Positions 1 to 13,021 of a stretch of DNA of 64,000 nt are shown here, one piece after another (position 1 is the first letter of the stretch; the number at the start of each line of letters is the position of its first letter). Both the position numbers and the translations under genes were made by a program. Origin of the DNA: Gnetum montanum (Eukaryota; Plantae; Gnetophyta); assembly GCA_015680685.1 (NCBI GenBank), contig MNCI01001077.1, forward strand, positions 571,417 through 635,416, in the 5' to 3' direction. The notes under the pieces were generated by a model, which made no database searches, was not told the origin of the DNA, and saw only the letters and a list, made by a program, of their open reading frames with translations.

Positions 1-417
1 TGTCTTCATTTAGTTGCCAAGTGTTCACCATGGAGAGAAACAAGTTGCAGTTGACACGTGTCCCATTTAGTTGACAAGTGGCCATTGTGGAGATAAAGAG
101 GTTGTAGTTGACAAGTGGCCTTTGTGGTGGTTATAACCACCATTTCAATTGACAAGTGTTCAATTCTCATAGGACTTTGAACAATTGTTGCATAAATTCC
201 CTTTTTAAATCAATATTATATTTTATTATTATTTATATCATAGTAGTAGAGATAATAACCATGGATTTGATGCATGGGTTGATATATAAATATATGTATG
301 TGTATACAACCGAATGCATAAGTGGAGTTGTACTCTCACATTTTAATTTGTGGCACCTCGAATATAATCCCAGTTATATCAAGGCTGATTCCATATTCAT
401 CTCATATCTCTGTTCCA
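1..417. mobile_element. Probable end of an unrelated LTR that interrupts element A in its aRH region
   Basis: AT-rich block with a ~57-bp duplication (tttagttg.caagtg...gttgac) at 1-155. It ends in ...tgttCCA at 417, about where similarity to the aRH/INT linker of copy B stops. Confidence 0.4.
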
Positions 418-2630
418 TGAAATGGCCAAAATGTGCCAACAATAGGCTTTGTGCATTTTGTTATCGCAGTTGGCAGGTTTGTCAAGGAATGTGATGGGAT
501 GTTTAACGTGAAGGTAGCTAAGGAATTTACTACGGTGTTCTCATTACGTGGCATGTCTTGCACATCAGTGGTTGTGAATTTCCTAAGTAGGATTTTTGCT
601 AGGTTGTAGTAGGGTTGTAGGTGTGTAGCCTTGCAGGCGTAGATTTTGATGATTTGATTCACGACTAGTTGTGAATATCCCTAGATTGCTAGGTGTTGTA
701 TGCACAGCGCTTGGGCAGTTAAGAGGCCTGTAAGTAGCCCATCATATTCTACCACATTGTTGGTGGAAGAGAACGCAAAATGATAAGTGAATGGGAACAT
801 TTCCACAGAGGGGAATGTGATCATGGCAGTGGTGCTACCTCCTCACACAGTTGAGGCACTGTCAAAATGTAAGGTAGCTTCAAAATGCAATGGGACGATG
901 GTGACATTGCTAACGTATTCATCTGGGAACTCGGGATCTATGGTAGCCTAGTCATCGACTGGTGAGGCCATAAGTTGGGTTGCTATGGCTTGACCCTTTG
1001 TCAACGATTGACTTACATAGCGTAGGTTGAACCCATGGTTATTACTTTCCATCGGGCTATCCTGCTACTTTCGTATACGTTGCTAGTGATAGCCCAGAGT
1101 ATATTTCTTTTCTAAATGATGTTGGTTATGTTGTGGAATAGGTAATGCCACCAGTTCTTTAGTGCGAAAACTAGGGCTAGGTAGTTCCTCTCTACTTTGT
1201 TGTATTTCTCCTCATGTGTTATTAGTGCATGGCTCAGGTATTACATTGGCATCTCAGAACTGTCATCCTGCTTCTAACATAGCAGTGCTGCTATGGATGT
1301 GTCAAAGGTGGCAAGGTATATGAAGAAAGACTTGTCCCTTTGTCACGAGTGCACCATTGGGAGGTGCGAGAGCTCCTTCTTCAAGTTGTCGAACGCTTGT
1401 TGACACTGGGTTATCCACTTGAAGTCAACCCCCTTCTTTAGAAGATGTTGCATGGGGTGTAACTTGTCAATCAACCTGGCTATAAACCTTCGAATGAATT
1501 GCACCCTACCTTGTAAACCACATAACTCATTAAGGTTTGTGGAAGGTGCTAGGTTGATGATGGCCTTGAATTTGTCATGGTCCACCTGTATTCCGGCCTC
1601 CGATACTACGAACCCTAACATAGATCCAGTCTTCACCCCGAAGATGCACTTCTTAGGATTGAGGTGTAGTTCATGCATTTGGTAGCATTTAAGGACTACC
1701 CCTAGGTCATGTGGATGATCAGCTACCTCTTTGGACTTCACCGCTATATCATCCACATAATTATTTAATGTTTCTAGGATGTAGTCACTAAAAATGTAGG
1801 TCATGGTGCACTGGTACGTTGCTCTAGCATTCTTGAGCCTAAAATGCATCATGCTATAGCAAAAGGTTCCCCATGGGGTCATGAAGTTTGTTGACAACTA
1901 GTGCTCTGGGTTGACATAGATTTGGTTGTATCTAAAGAAACCATCCATGAAGGATAGCAGAACATGGCCAGCCATGGTGTCGATGAGCTTATCAATGCTT
2001 GGGAGTGGGGAGTTGTCTTTGATCATTACCTTGTTCAAGTCTTGAAAGTCTCTACAAATCCATATTCCTCTCATTTTCATTGAAACTACAACAATGTTGG
2101 ACACCCGCTCTGAATAGTCAACTACGCGGATGAACCTTGCTTGGTATAGCTTAGTGATTTCATCCCTTACAGCTAGTGCGATTTTTGGCCTAACTTTGTG
2201 AGCCTTTTTCTTGACTGCCTTTACATGTGGGTCTAGGATAATGTTGTGCTAAATCAGCCATGGATCGAGACTTGGCATGTCGTTGTATGACCATGCGAAG
2301 ACATCAATGTTGTCTCGCAGAATTTTAGCTACACTTTTATGTGTTTGCATGTCTAGGAGGGAGCTGAGTCTTAACTTTTTCACCTCCCCATTTGACATGG
2401 TCATAGGTGTCTCAACAAGAGGATCCTCAGTTACTTCCCCAGCCTCTAAGTCTAGGGCTTAGACCAGGTGCTTGGGGTAATCCAGGGATGCTTCTAAGGC
2501 TACTATGATGCTAGTTGTAGTGGACTCCCAGTCGATCATGTCGAGGTTTAACTATCTTGCGAGCTTGCCCTGTGGCCCTGCTAATGTTAAAGACATGGAA
2601 AGGTCATGATGGATTTCCATATCTGGCTTG
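418..2630 (-). pseudogene. pol: Element A pol remnant: RT, RNase H and archaeal-type RNase H (aRH)
   Basis: ORFs 1898-2104 (ICRDFQDLNK...LSFMDGFFRYNQI) and 1343-1897 (PWGTFCY...NYVDDIAVKS). aRH motifs HFDSAST, TNNVVEYDGLL and (D)SQLVVNQI lie at ~402-880. Many stops. Confidence 0.93.
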
Positions 2631-3354
2631 AATTTCCATCATAAGATGAAAGCCTAATTAAGGTGTGTTAGAGATTATGTGAAACAAAAATCTGCAAAGC
2701 AACGACAAGATGCAACTTGGTAAGTGTGGTGATGTAAAGATTAAAAGTTTGCTAGTTTAAGGTCATGGAAGACCACCAAGGTACAAGAGTGTAGAATTGC
2801 TAGAGGTATAAAATTGCTGATGTAAAGTGAAAAGCTATGTAACTATTGATATGCAAATGCCAGACTGCTAGTTCAGTGTCATTTAGGACTGCCATATTGC
2901 AACATGCAAAATAATAGTATGCAAAATAGGAAATTGTGAGTATGAGAAGCATCGAACTACCAGTGCAAAAATGAAAACATGAAAATGCTAGGAAATGTGA
3001 TACTCCTTATGCAGAAGAGGATGAGATAACTGCTGGTGTAAACATGTGGTGTTGTTAGTTTAACATCACTTGCAGACCGTGCATGTAATGCATTGAATTT
3101 ACTAATTTAGGGCCCTTTCGGACCCTAAGGAGTGCAACTATGCTAGGATTGCTAGTTTAAGGTCTTTTTAGACCCTTAATTGATAAAAAATATTAATTTT
3201 TTATTTTTTGGAAGGCAATTAGTTGGCTTAAAGAGTGTCAAGGATTTAATGCCAATAGTGTTATGATGTCGTGGTGAGCATGCTACGCTGCACGATGTGC
3301 TCGGCATTAATCGTAGAGAGAGAGGGATAAGTTTCCCTATCTTGCCCTTGTGGC

Positions 3355-3362
3355 CATAAATA
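3355..3362 (+). promoter_or_regulatory. TATA-like box of the antisense spacer gene (copy A)
   Basis: ggcCATAAATAgggg about 155 bp upstream of accATGG. The same motif (ggccataaataggga) lies at ~50267-50280 in B, and both follow a short GA microsatellite. Confidence 0.55.
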
Positions 3363-3513
3363 GGGGTTAAACCTTGGTAATTTTTCCATTTTCATAGTAA
3401 GAGCACAGAGCCCTCATCGGAGCACAAGGAGATTTTGGAGCATGAAGCAATTATGTTGATCGATTAGCGAGGCAAATTTCTATAGCAAAGGTCATAAATT
3501 TGCAAGCAGGACC

Positions 3514-6500
3514 ATGGCTCCTAAGACTCATCTGGTGCTTGCGAAGGTTGAGGAGGTGAAGAAGACCCTAAGTCGTGCACCAAAAGTGTGTGTTCCTATG
3601 CAGGAGAGCACACCATTGATCTAATAAGTTTTTTTCTCCTTCGGTGTTTTCATTTTGCACCTTCTACTATTTTCTAATCTGGTTTTGTATCCTATTTGTT
3701 TTGCTATTTGTGTTTCCTACTGTCACATTTTTTTAGCCTTTGTATCATCATAATCTCCTTTTCGGTCGCGGCTGATGTGCAATCATTTCACTATGGTTGC
3801 ATGCAAGGCCACTAGAACTACCTTCGCCGTGGTTGTCATAACCATGGGGGGTAGGATAGTTTAAGTTTCTTGACCCTAGCATGTCGTGAAGTGAAATCCT
3901 TGGGAGGGTTTGTTCATGTGTGATGCAGCACCGTGACACGTGTCTTGTTTGTGTATGTTGTTAGTTGTTTTGCTGCTATGCTAGGCTATTCACATGCTCT
4001 TTCTACGCTATGTATAGGTAGAGGGTCATGCTATGCTATATGTATGGGCTACTAGACACTGCTATGTTGCATGTGTATCACATTCAAGTGTGATGCTAAT
4101 ATTTTTTGATTGCATTATGTAGGGTGTGACCAAGGTCCTAGCTAATCATTTTGGACATTGGAGGGGTCCTATGCTATGTGAGAAGACCTGTGGCCAATGC
4201 TCATCCTCCCCTGATATGTGTGGGAGATCGAGTGGTTTGGTTCAAGGAAGGAGCACAAGACTTCTTGCAATTCCTTCTCAACCAATTTAGTGTGATTGTT
4301 TAGTCTTCCTTAGAGGAGAAGGAGGCATCTAACATAGTAGAAGCCATGTTGCCAGGGGAAAATCTGGGTATCCTAAGATATTTTTCCAACGAGGAACTCA
4401 TGAGCAGGTAGTGAGGGGGATCCAACCAACATTCAATAAGGTTGAGGTTTTTAGCTTGCATTTGGGACATGCTGGAATACAACTGCTACCACCAGTACAA
4501 CACATTATTTCTCACACGTCACATGGCGATGTACTTTCAGAACCCACAGGGGACTGTCTATTGTGCTGGTAGGTGAGTTTTACATCTTTGCTCTGCTTCG
4601 TTCTGCAATGCTAGCCATACTTGGATGAATGCTAACAGTGTGTGTTTGTCACTAGGTTTTATATTAATGATGATGGGGTTCATGACCAACTGGGTCTACT
4701 AGCTACAGTGTAGCTAGTCCTACGAGAGATTTCTTCTACCAAGAACCTATGGGTAGGTGTGATTGGTCAATGTAGGGGAGAATATCATACCTACCTATGC
4801 ATGCTCTGCACTCTCTACAATCAATGTAGGGAGTAGGGTTGGCTGGATTAGGAGTGAAAAGAATCCTTCAAACATGTCATGGATGAAAAAGTTCTAAAGG
4901 TTGAACTCCTGCTATTCCCATTACCATATAGACCAGGTGGGTCAAAAGGCAGGTGCCACATGCTCAAGTGTTTTCATAATCTTTGCATTCTCTACAGTGT
5001 TATGCTAAGTGCATTTTGTGAAAATTGTTGCAGGGGCGAAGAAGCCTTGTGAGGTGACAATAGTAACCATCGAGAGGTAGGGGGCAAATATCTACTTCAA
5101 ATATGGTGAAGTAGTAGCGAGACAGAGCTGGTTAGAACAAGAGGCTCTAGACTCCTTGCCCGAGAAAGTTCAAAAGGTGGGGCTTATGGATCTATTCATG
5201 GCTCTAAATCTGGGTTTCTCTGCTGCTAAGATGATTTTACTAGTCAACTCCTTCTCTAGGAGGACAAGCCATTTTTGCACGTACGTATGAGGCTCATCAA
5301 GGAGCAAAAATGGTTTTCCATGGAAAAGCTCAAGGACGGCCTTGTCATGGGGATTTACCCGGTCTTTCATGCCCACGCATTCCCTCAACTGCTTACCCAA
5401 GAGAAGGTCCTAGGGCTTCAGTAGCCTTGGGTAATGCAAAAGGTTATGGAAGAAGAGGCCCATTATAACTGGGCCAGTTTCCTATGTAGTGGCTTGCAAG
5501 ATGAAATTTTGGGACTCTGTGAGTAAAAAGTGTCCCACTCTAACATACACTATGCCTTCTACATAGGCTTTCTGAAGTGCTTTGTGGAGTCCCTATTGGT
5601 CCAAGAGGATGGAGCCTGGTCTGTCTGAGATCATGATCATGTTCCCAAGCCATGGATTCGATAGCTCCTCTAGACCATGCAAGCCCAGGATCCCCTGAAA
5701 ATGGTCCAGGAGTCGTTGTCTATAATGACTAAAGATCTGGTAGTTCGTAGCATTTTTGGCCAAGACAGCGTGCGAGAGACACCAGCTATCATAGTCGATA
5801 GTGTGACATGGGGTGAACGTCTCATAGCTGAGAGTGTCCCCAAGGATTTGCAAAGGAAGAGGCCTCTACCATCCAAGGAAACCCTTCATGAGGAGGAGGG
5901 ATGAAGACTATGTCTCAAGCTATAGAGGACACAACCCCCCATTGGTAAGCATTCTTTATGTAATGTTTACTTTGCTATAGTTTGCTACACTATGCTACGC
6001 TAGGCAATGCAACATACCGTAGCATCTGTTTTGAGCTAACTAATTTTGAATCAATGCAAACATGCATTTTTGATAGTAGAGGAAGAAGAAGATGAAGAGG
6101 AAGGTAATGAGGAAGTGTTGGCCCTTAGGATGAGGGTGACGAATAAAAATGTGAAGGCCCCCGTTTTGGAGGAAAGGGCCCTGGTTAGGAATAAGGGAGC
6201 TCCTGTCTCTAAGGTAGTGGCTCTTGTCATTAGGGAGCCTCTTCCTACCAACAAAGAGGTACGTCCATTAAATGAAAAAGATGCTAGTATCTTGAAAGGA
6301 AAGGCACTAGCACATGAGGAAGGGGCTCATATGGACTTGGCAGGGCCCTCCACCAAGGCTACCATGATTGTCTTGCATCAACAGGAAGAAAGACCGTAGC
6401 TGGATGCTGGTGAGTTGGTGGGATGTTTGTCTTATCATAGCCCATCTTAGACACTATTGACATGCTTAATTGTGTAATAGGTGCTACTGCTAATGTCTCA

Positions 6501-7737
6501 GGACCCCCTGCAGCTTATGCGGAGTCATCGGCCGAGGTCCCTGACTAGTTCGCATTTGTGCAGGGACTTGTTGACGACATGATCAAATGCCTTCAGCGGG
6601 TGGGCCCTCGCACGGGTAAGTAGCAGTATCAACCATCCTTATGTTGCTATGCTAAAACCTTTGAATTTGTTAATTATGCTATGCTAACATGATTACTACG
6701 CTCTTTTTGTTGAATAGCCTCCTGGCTCAAGTCGGCCCTGGCATGACCTATGAAGGTTGGCATCATGCCTACACTCTCGCCTGACGTTACTGAGGTATCT
6801 CATCACACGTTTGATGAGGCTTACAAGTGTGTCTTACACTCAACACGCTTTCTATGGGAATTTAGGCACATCAATTAGAACCTGTGGAAATGGGTCCAAA
6901 GGGCTAAGTAGAGAGAGGCTGACCTGGCCGCCAAGGTGGAGAATCTGAGGTCGAGGAATGCTTTTCTTATAAACCATAGACGACTACGCCAGGTTTTGGA
7001 TTGTTGTTCACCAATATGTTGAATCCATCTATGAGATAGTCAACTATTAAATGCAGATGGAATTGCTAGCCCAAAAGTGTCAAGATATGAAAGATATTAA
7101 TGCGAAAGTTTTTGAATGGGGGCAAACCCAGAGAAACCACAAACATACATACAAGTCGGAGAATGACATACATCGAAGACTATACAAAGATGCTGCTGTG
7201 GAGGCATTCACATATGAAGCATTCATAAATGTCATTGGCTCTTATGAGGGCTATGCTAAGTTCAAAGAGTAGGTGACGGTCATGGAATTTCCTGACCTGA
7301 AGGTGGACCTTCCTACAGGAGAGACCACAACCACTTCCCTTTCCCCAGAACATCTAAAATGGACAACCATGGAAAGGGAGAAAGCTACTACTACAAATGA
7401 TGAACCTAGCGATAGGCATTGGATGGACATTACGATAGAGGAGATTTGACATCGCCTCAAGCTTGGTCTAGATCATATGTCCCTTAAGACCAATGCAAGC
7501 TCCTCTCAAGTTAGTCGATTTAATGGGTAGATGCTCATGCTATGTTATAGCTTGCGTTTGTTGCCTTTGTTGCCCTAGGTGACTACTTCATTCTTGTGAT
7601 GTAGGCTTCAGATGAGGGTGCGAGATCCATGGAGGGGGGAAAATGAAGAACCAATAGAAGGTAATGTAGGGGATGATGCACAAGAAGACAAAGCAAAGGA
7701 AAATGGTGAAGGTGCTGCAAATGGAGACAACCCATGA
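3514..7737 (+). pseudogene. Antisense 7-exon accessory gene of element A: FCP1/NIF-like HAD domain, PMD-like domain, acidic/coiled-coil tail
   Basis: Exons about 3514-3623, 4123-4572, 4656-4948, 5034-5944, 6077-6615, 6718-7509 and 7605-7737, with phase-compatible junctions (two donors are degenerate or GC). Peptides: LIILDIGGVL...WFKEGAQDFLQFLLNQFSVIVxSS...NTLFL...QNP and LVNSFSRRTSHF...HYNWASFLCSGLQDEI. Confidence 0.8.
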
Positions 7738-7909
7738 CAACATGGGATTTTTTTTTGAATTTTTTGCAAATTTTAAAATGCTGAAATTTTGAAATATTTT
7801 GAAAATTTCGCAAAAATTTACAATAGGTGAAAATTTTGAATGAAATGAAATACTTTAGAAAAGAAACCGATTTTATGTTAACTTGTATACTAGGTAAAGT
7901 TATCATGCT

Positions 7910-8150
7910 CTGGTATGCTAGTTTTAAGCCATTTCGGGCCGTTTCGTAACATGTCAAAGTGAAAAGAAATAATGCTAGTTTTAGGACATTTCAGGCCACT
8001 ACCAAAAGAGGTAGTTCATTAATAAAGAAACAAAGAAATGACGTTAGTTTTAGGCCATTTCAGGTCGTTAACATAGCATGCCAGAAAAATGGCATGTTAA
8101 TAAAGTGGCAAGCAACGATGCTAGTTTTAGGCCATTTCAGGCCATAGCAT
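7910..8150. repeat. Degenerate repeats of GCTAGTTTTAGGCCATTTCAGGCC
   Basis: 4 spaced copies here; the same motif is tandem in B (54860-55070) and reverse-complemented in C (17650-17850). Confidence 0.75.
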
Positions 8151-8244
8151 AGCATGCCGAAAGGGAGGCATACTAACTAGGAAAGGAAATGTTAGCTCTA
8201 CAAGAGATGGGAACTTGAAAAGAAGTAGTAGGGTTGCTATGCTA

Positions 8245-11200
8245 TGCATAGTTGCTTATTGACCCATCGTGGGTTGAACGGAACGTAAGGTCGAGGTGTT
8301 TCGCCAGGGCACTTGTTCACATCGTCGTCCTCCACCTGGAAGGGTAACTCAACCCATGAATTTTTGATTTGGGAGTTGGTTCGCTGAGCTGATCTTTCTA
8401 TTGAATGATTAATGCATGCATGAACAGGTTCTTCATTCTCATAGGTTGTAACCTCTGAGCCCTATTCCATGTTTACATTGCTAATTGCTTGCATTACCAC
8501 TTCATCACCATGGATTACCACCTCCCTACCTACGTATCTTAAGCAAAGTTCCTGGTGTATAGGTGAGCAGACAACCCTAAGTTGCACTAACCATGATCTT
8601 CCCAAGATCAAGTTAAACCTGGGCATTTCTTCGACTACGATGAATGTTACATTTGTGGGAAACTGGTTCCCTGCTATGATGTTTATGTGAATTGTGACCT
8701 TCACTAGGACACGTGCCCCATTGAAGGACCTCAGACACGATGTTTTCGTTGGTTTGATTTGGTTGACCAATCCCAACTTATCCATAATAGGGAAGGAAAT
8801 GATGTTTGTGATGGCCCCATCATCAACATGTACCCTTCAGATCCAGTGTTGGCCAATCTGAATTGTGATGAAGAGAGGTGCCATAGTCACTTGGACCCCT
8901 TCAGGATCTTCCCTGATGGCATCATTACTAAAAGTTAATTGAGGTGGCATAGGCTCTGTGGTTACAGAGGAAAGCATTACCAACTGGATCACTTCCTCTT
9001 CTTTTGGCATGTTTTCGTCGATTGGAATCACCATTAATATGTGGGCTAGAGCCTCTCAGTGGGGTACAAATGTCATGATTAGGTCATACAAGCTCAGTGT
9101 AGCATTTTTTTGCTTTAGGCCTTGCCCGACCTAGGTGAGGTCATCCAAAAGGTCTTGGCTACCCACTTGTTTGATACTTTCCTCCTCTTCGATTCATCCT
9201 AGAAGATGAATCTCTCGAGGAGAGGTGAGTTCAGATCTAGGTTCAGATCCTTAGTGGCCAGGTACTATAGGCTACATAATCATGTTGTCCTTCATCTTTG
9301 GTGATGAGGGTGAAAATTCGAGGGCCAAAGGTGTAGGCTTAGGAATACTCTTGATGGTACTTCCATTCGACGTCTCGCTTAACAAGTGGGCTTCTCTCCT
9401 TGTGGGGCGAGGAGGTTGTTCAATTTTGTTGCATGAGATAGGGGCTATCAAAGAAATCAGCCCCCTGATGATAAATGGGGCTAAAGATGTTTACTAATGG
9501 GACCGCATGGCCTCACTAATAAGCTATGCAAAGGTGGATGCCCATGGTGGGACTTTCAGGATGAAGGGCGGTTAAGAGCTTGGACCAACCGTTGGTGGTG
9601 CTGGTGCACAACGCGGAGGCACATGGATCACAAATGGTTGGCAAGGTGGCCTGGGATCATTGTCAATGTCGATGGCATTGATTATGTAATTGGCATTGAG
9701 GGAATCCATGTAGACATACAAAGATTAATTTTCAGTGTGTACTAGGTTGCTTTCGTTGAGCACCAGCTTTCCTAGATCGATTAATCTTTGGATATCATCC
9801 TACAACGATAGACAATAATCTGTGGTGTGACCACATAGTTGGTGGTAGTCACAAAACCTGTCTAGCCTGAAACCCCTAGGGATTGGAGGCTCATTGGGTA
9901 GGGCCAAAGAGGGATTCCTAAGGAGCTCGCAGTAGCATCGATGTCTTGCATTATCTTCTTTTGACATCTACTTGTGTTGGATGTATCCTACTACCAACAA
10001 GTTATTCAGGAGTTCTAAAGGTTTGAGAGGTAGTGGGGTGTATTTCAAGTGATCGTTGCACTCAAAGTTTTGTTTGCTGTATGCAGATGTCTTGGGTGTA
10101 GGTGCAGCAGGTTGCGGTGCTTGGCCTACTTTTGGCACAGTGTTAGTCATAGGTATGGCCAATCTCTTACTATTCTTACTACCGCTACTACTACATTTGG
10201 GCTTGGCCTTAGTTTCCATAGCAGCCATTGTGGTTGTTCGGGCCTTACCCTTGTCCTTCTTTGTAAAAGGTGGTCTTGTAAGAGATGTAGGCCAAGTCTT
10301 TGCTTGCCTTGGCCGCATCTTGTATGCTCTTAGTCTAAGTGAAAGCCTTACTAAGAGAGCGAGGAGCGAGGTAATACACCTTCAACTTGATGAAGTCATT
10401 TACTAAACCCTTAAAGATAGCCAACAAGTTGACCTCCACGATGGGCTCATGGATTTCGTTAAGGGTTGCACTCTAATGTTGAATGAATTTTTGGACTAGT
10501 TCTAGTGGGACTTGTTTCACACTCGTCAGCTAATCCAGCATGGTTTCTAGCTTTAATTTGTACTTGAAGCGTGTGACAAAGTTGGTCAGGATTTCTTCCA
10601 AAGTTGAAATGGATGAATGTGGCAATGCATGGTACCAATCTAGAGCTTTCCCAACTAGGGATATGGAGAAGACATGAATGATCATGTGTGACCATTGTTA
10701 CAATAGAAAAGACTTAGACCTGAAAGTGATAAGATGCACATTGGGATCTCCCTCCCCATCATACTTCATGAAATGTAGGAGAGACATCCCAGGGGGTAAC
10801 GTTAAAGTAGGTATTGCAGGGCTGACGAGGTCATCTTGATAAAAGTTCATGACTTGTACCATGTCAGACCCAACAACTTTGAGGCATTTTATTTTCTCAG
10901 TGAGGGTCTAGATGAGTTGAAATGCTTGGTCTAGACCCGGTGACATTGTAGACGATTGAGGAACTGTAGAGGCAACTCCCACATGCAGCATGGTGGCGGT
11001 GGCGGGCTGACTCATCGGTAGTGCCGTTGGGGCTGTTCCCACTAAAGGTGTTGCTTGTGTTGTCTACCACCTGGTGGGTGGTACTGTCAGAGCAGTAATA
11101 GCAGGTTGAGCTACCAGATAGACTGTTTGGATCATCAGCAGGATAGACTATGGCCACATGCTGGGATGTACCATTTGCGAGGTTGGGTAGGTTTGAGGGT

Positions 11201-12050
11201 GAATGCAGTGAGACATCTATGATGGTTGTAGAACAGATGAAAAAGTGAATGGGGTCCACCACATGGATGGGCTGGGGCCTACCATAGTGGGTGGAATAGA
11301 TGCTAGCATAGGAATTGTCATGGAAGTTATATGCAGTTGCGAAGTAGGTACAGTGTGAACATGCTGTAGGGTAGCCGTGATAGGTGTGCTACGTACTACA
11401 AGGATGTGCTGATAAATGGTTTGTAGGGGCACAGTTACTATGAATGCAACTAAGGAATAAGGGTGATGAGACGCTAAGAATGTGGCATGGCTACCCATTG
11501 CAATTGCGGTTGTAGGCTACTAAAGCATAGACGTGAAGGTAAAGGAAGCGGTGATAGATAGTGGGTTGGCCCAGAAGGACTGGGTAGGCGGGACAGGAAC
11601 GGTGTTGGCTTGACCTCCCTCATCAAATTGGGAATCAAGTTCCTCTTGTCCATCTTGAAAGGCATCATCCTAGTTGGACAAAGTTTCCTATTACTCCCTA
11701 AGCCTGGCCAACTAGACTAGTTGGTCTAGAAGCCTTTGATACACTTGTGTTAAAGGTAATAAAACATCGGGGGTAGGAACAAATTCCTTCCTAATGCAAT
11801 AAGCGAACTCGAAGCTATGTTTTTCTTCATGTTCATGTAAATCCAAGGGAAAATTAACCTGTACCTTTACACAAAGGAAACTATAATGCTCGTGTTGCTG
11901 GGCTAATCCCTCAAGTCCCCAGTTTTCAATTCTGAGAGATTGATGTACTTCCAGCGTTGGGTTTAGCAGTTGTTCAAAAATAGTGGTGCCTTGAACCATG
12001 AAAGGCACCTACACATTGAAGGCATCAAAAAAGGTGGTGGTAGAAGCCAT
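8245..12050 (-). pseudogene. gag: Element A gag-protease
   Basis: ATG at 12050. Retrotransposon gag core (MKYDGEGDPN...WYHALP), CDYHQLCGHTTDYC knuckle, protease VHVDDGA...FNLILGRSWL (ORFs 8462-8785 and 8837-9034). Confidence 0.88.
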
Positions 12051-12149
12051 TGCTAAGAAATTAATTATGCAAAATAGCACAAGAAGTTCAAAAAGAACAA
12101 AGCGACTGAAAAAGCAACAAAAGGTGGCTTTACATATTTTCGGATTTCA

Positions 12150-12960
12150 GAGGAATCGTTGAGGCAACCGATCTATAATACACAAAGCGTAAAAAACCAC
12201 AAAAGGGTGTCACATTTATGCTAGTGCACAATGAGGTATATAGCACATGCGAGACTACCATAAGGCAAGTTCAGTTAACTGACAATCAAGAAGGCTTTGT
12301 GTCTCACAGTATTCCAGAGGGACCGTCGAGGTGACCAACTTGCACCACACAAGGTACAAACAACCACATAAGGGTGTCACGTTTATGCCTATGTGAGCTA
12401 GGGTGCATAGCACATGCAAGACTACTATAAAAAGGTAACACAAGTTAACTAGCCTTCAGAAGGCTTTATGTTTCATAGGATCCCAAAGGGACCGTCGAGG
12501 CTACCGATCTACACCGTACGACGCATAAACAACCACAGATGGATGTTAAGTCTACACTAATGCATATCAAGGTGTATAATTCTTGCAAGATTACTGTAAG
12601 ATGAGCAAGCTAACATGAAGGCTTTGCCTCTTTTAGGATCCCTGAGGGACTGTTGAAGATACCGATTTGTACTAGACGAGATGGGGTCCAAAACACATGC
12701 AAGACAATTGTAAGACGGGCAAGCTAACTAGCGATCAAGAAGGCTTTGTGTCTCGCAAGATCCCCAAGGGACTGTTGAAGTGACCGTTCTATACCACATG
12801 ATATGAGGTATAGAATGCATATAAGAAAACCATAAAATAAGCTAGTTAACTAGCAATCGGAGGCCTTGTGTTCTGTAGGACTCTCGAGGAATCATCGAGG
12901 CAACCGATCTGCACCACACAAAGCGCAAACAACCGTAAGAGGGTGCCACATTTATGCTTA
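12150..12960. repeat. 5'-UTR degenerate tandem repeat of element A
   Basis: About 6 units of ~120-190 bp sharing gaaggctttgtgtctc...gggaccgtcgaggtgaccgatctgcaccac. B has only about 2 units (59070-59370). Confidence 0.75.
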
Positions 12961-13021
12961 TGTGTATCAGGGTGTAGAAGGCTCATAGAACTACCATGAA
13001 ATGTGAAGAAAACACCAAAAG

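Noticed and set aside
1419-1685. ORFs antisense to RT or gag (also 48489-48752, 56972-57511, 10049-10406)
   Set aside because: Shadow frames of the pol and gag coding strands.
8462-8464. Programmed stop or readthrough TAG after the protease, shared by A and B
   Set aside because: C has AAG here, and CAG>TAG is the dominant CHG-decay mutation in this window.
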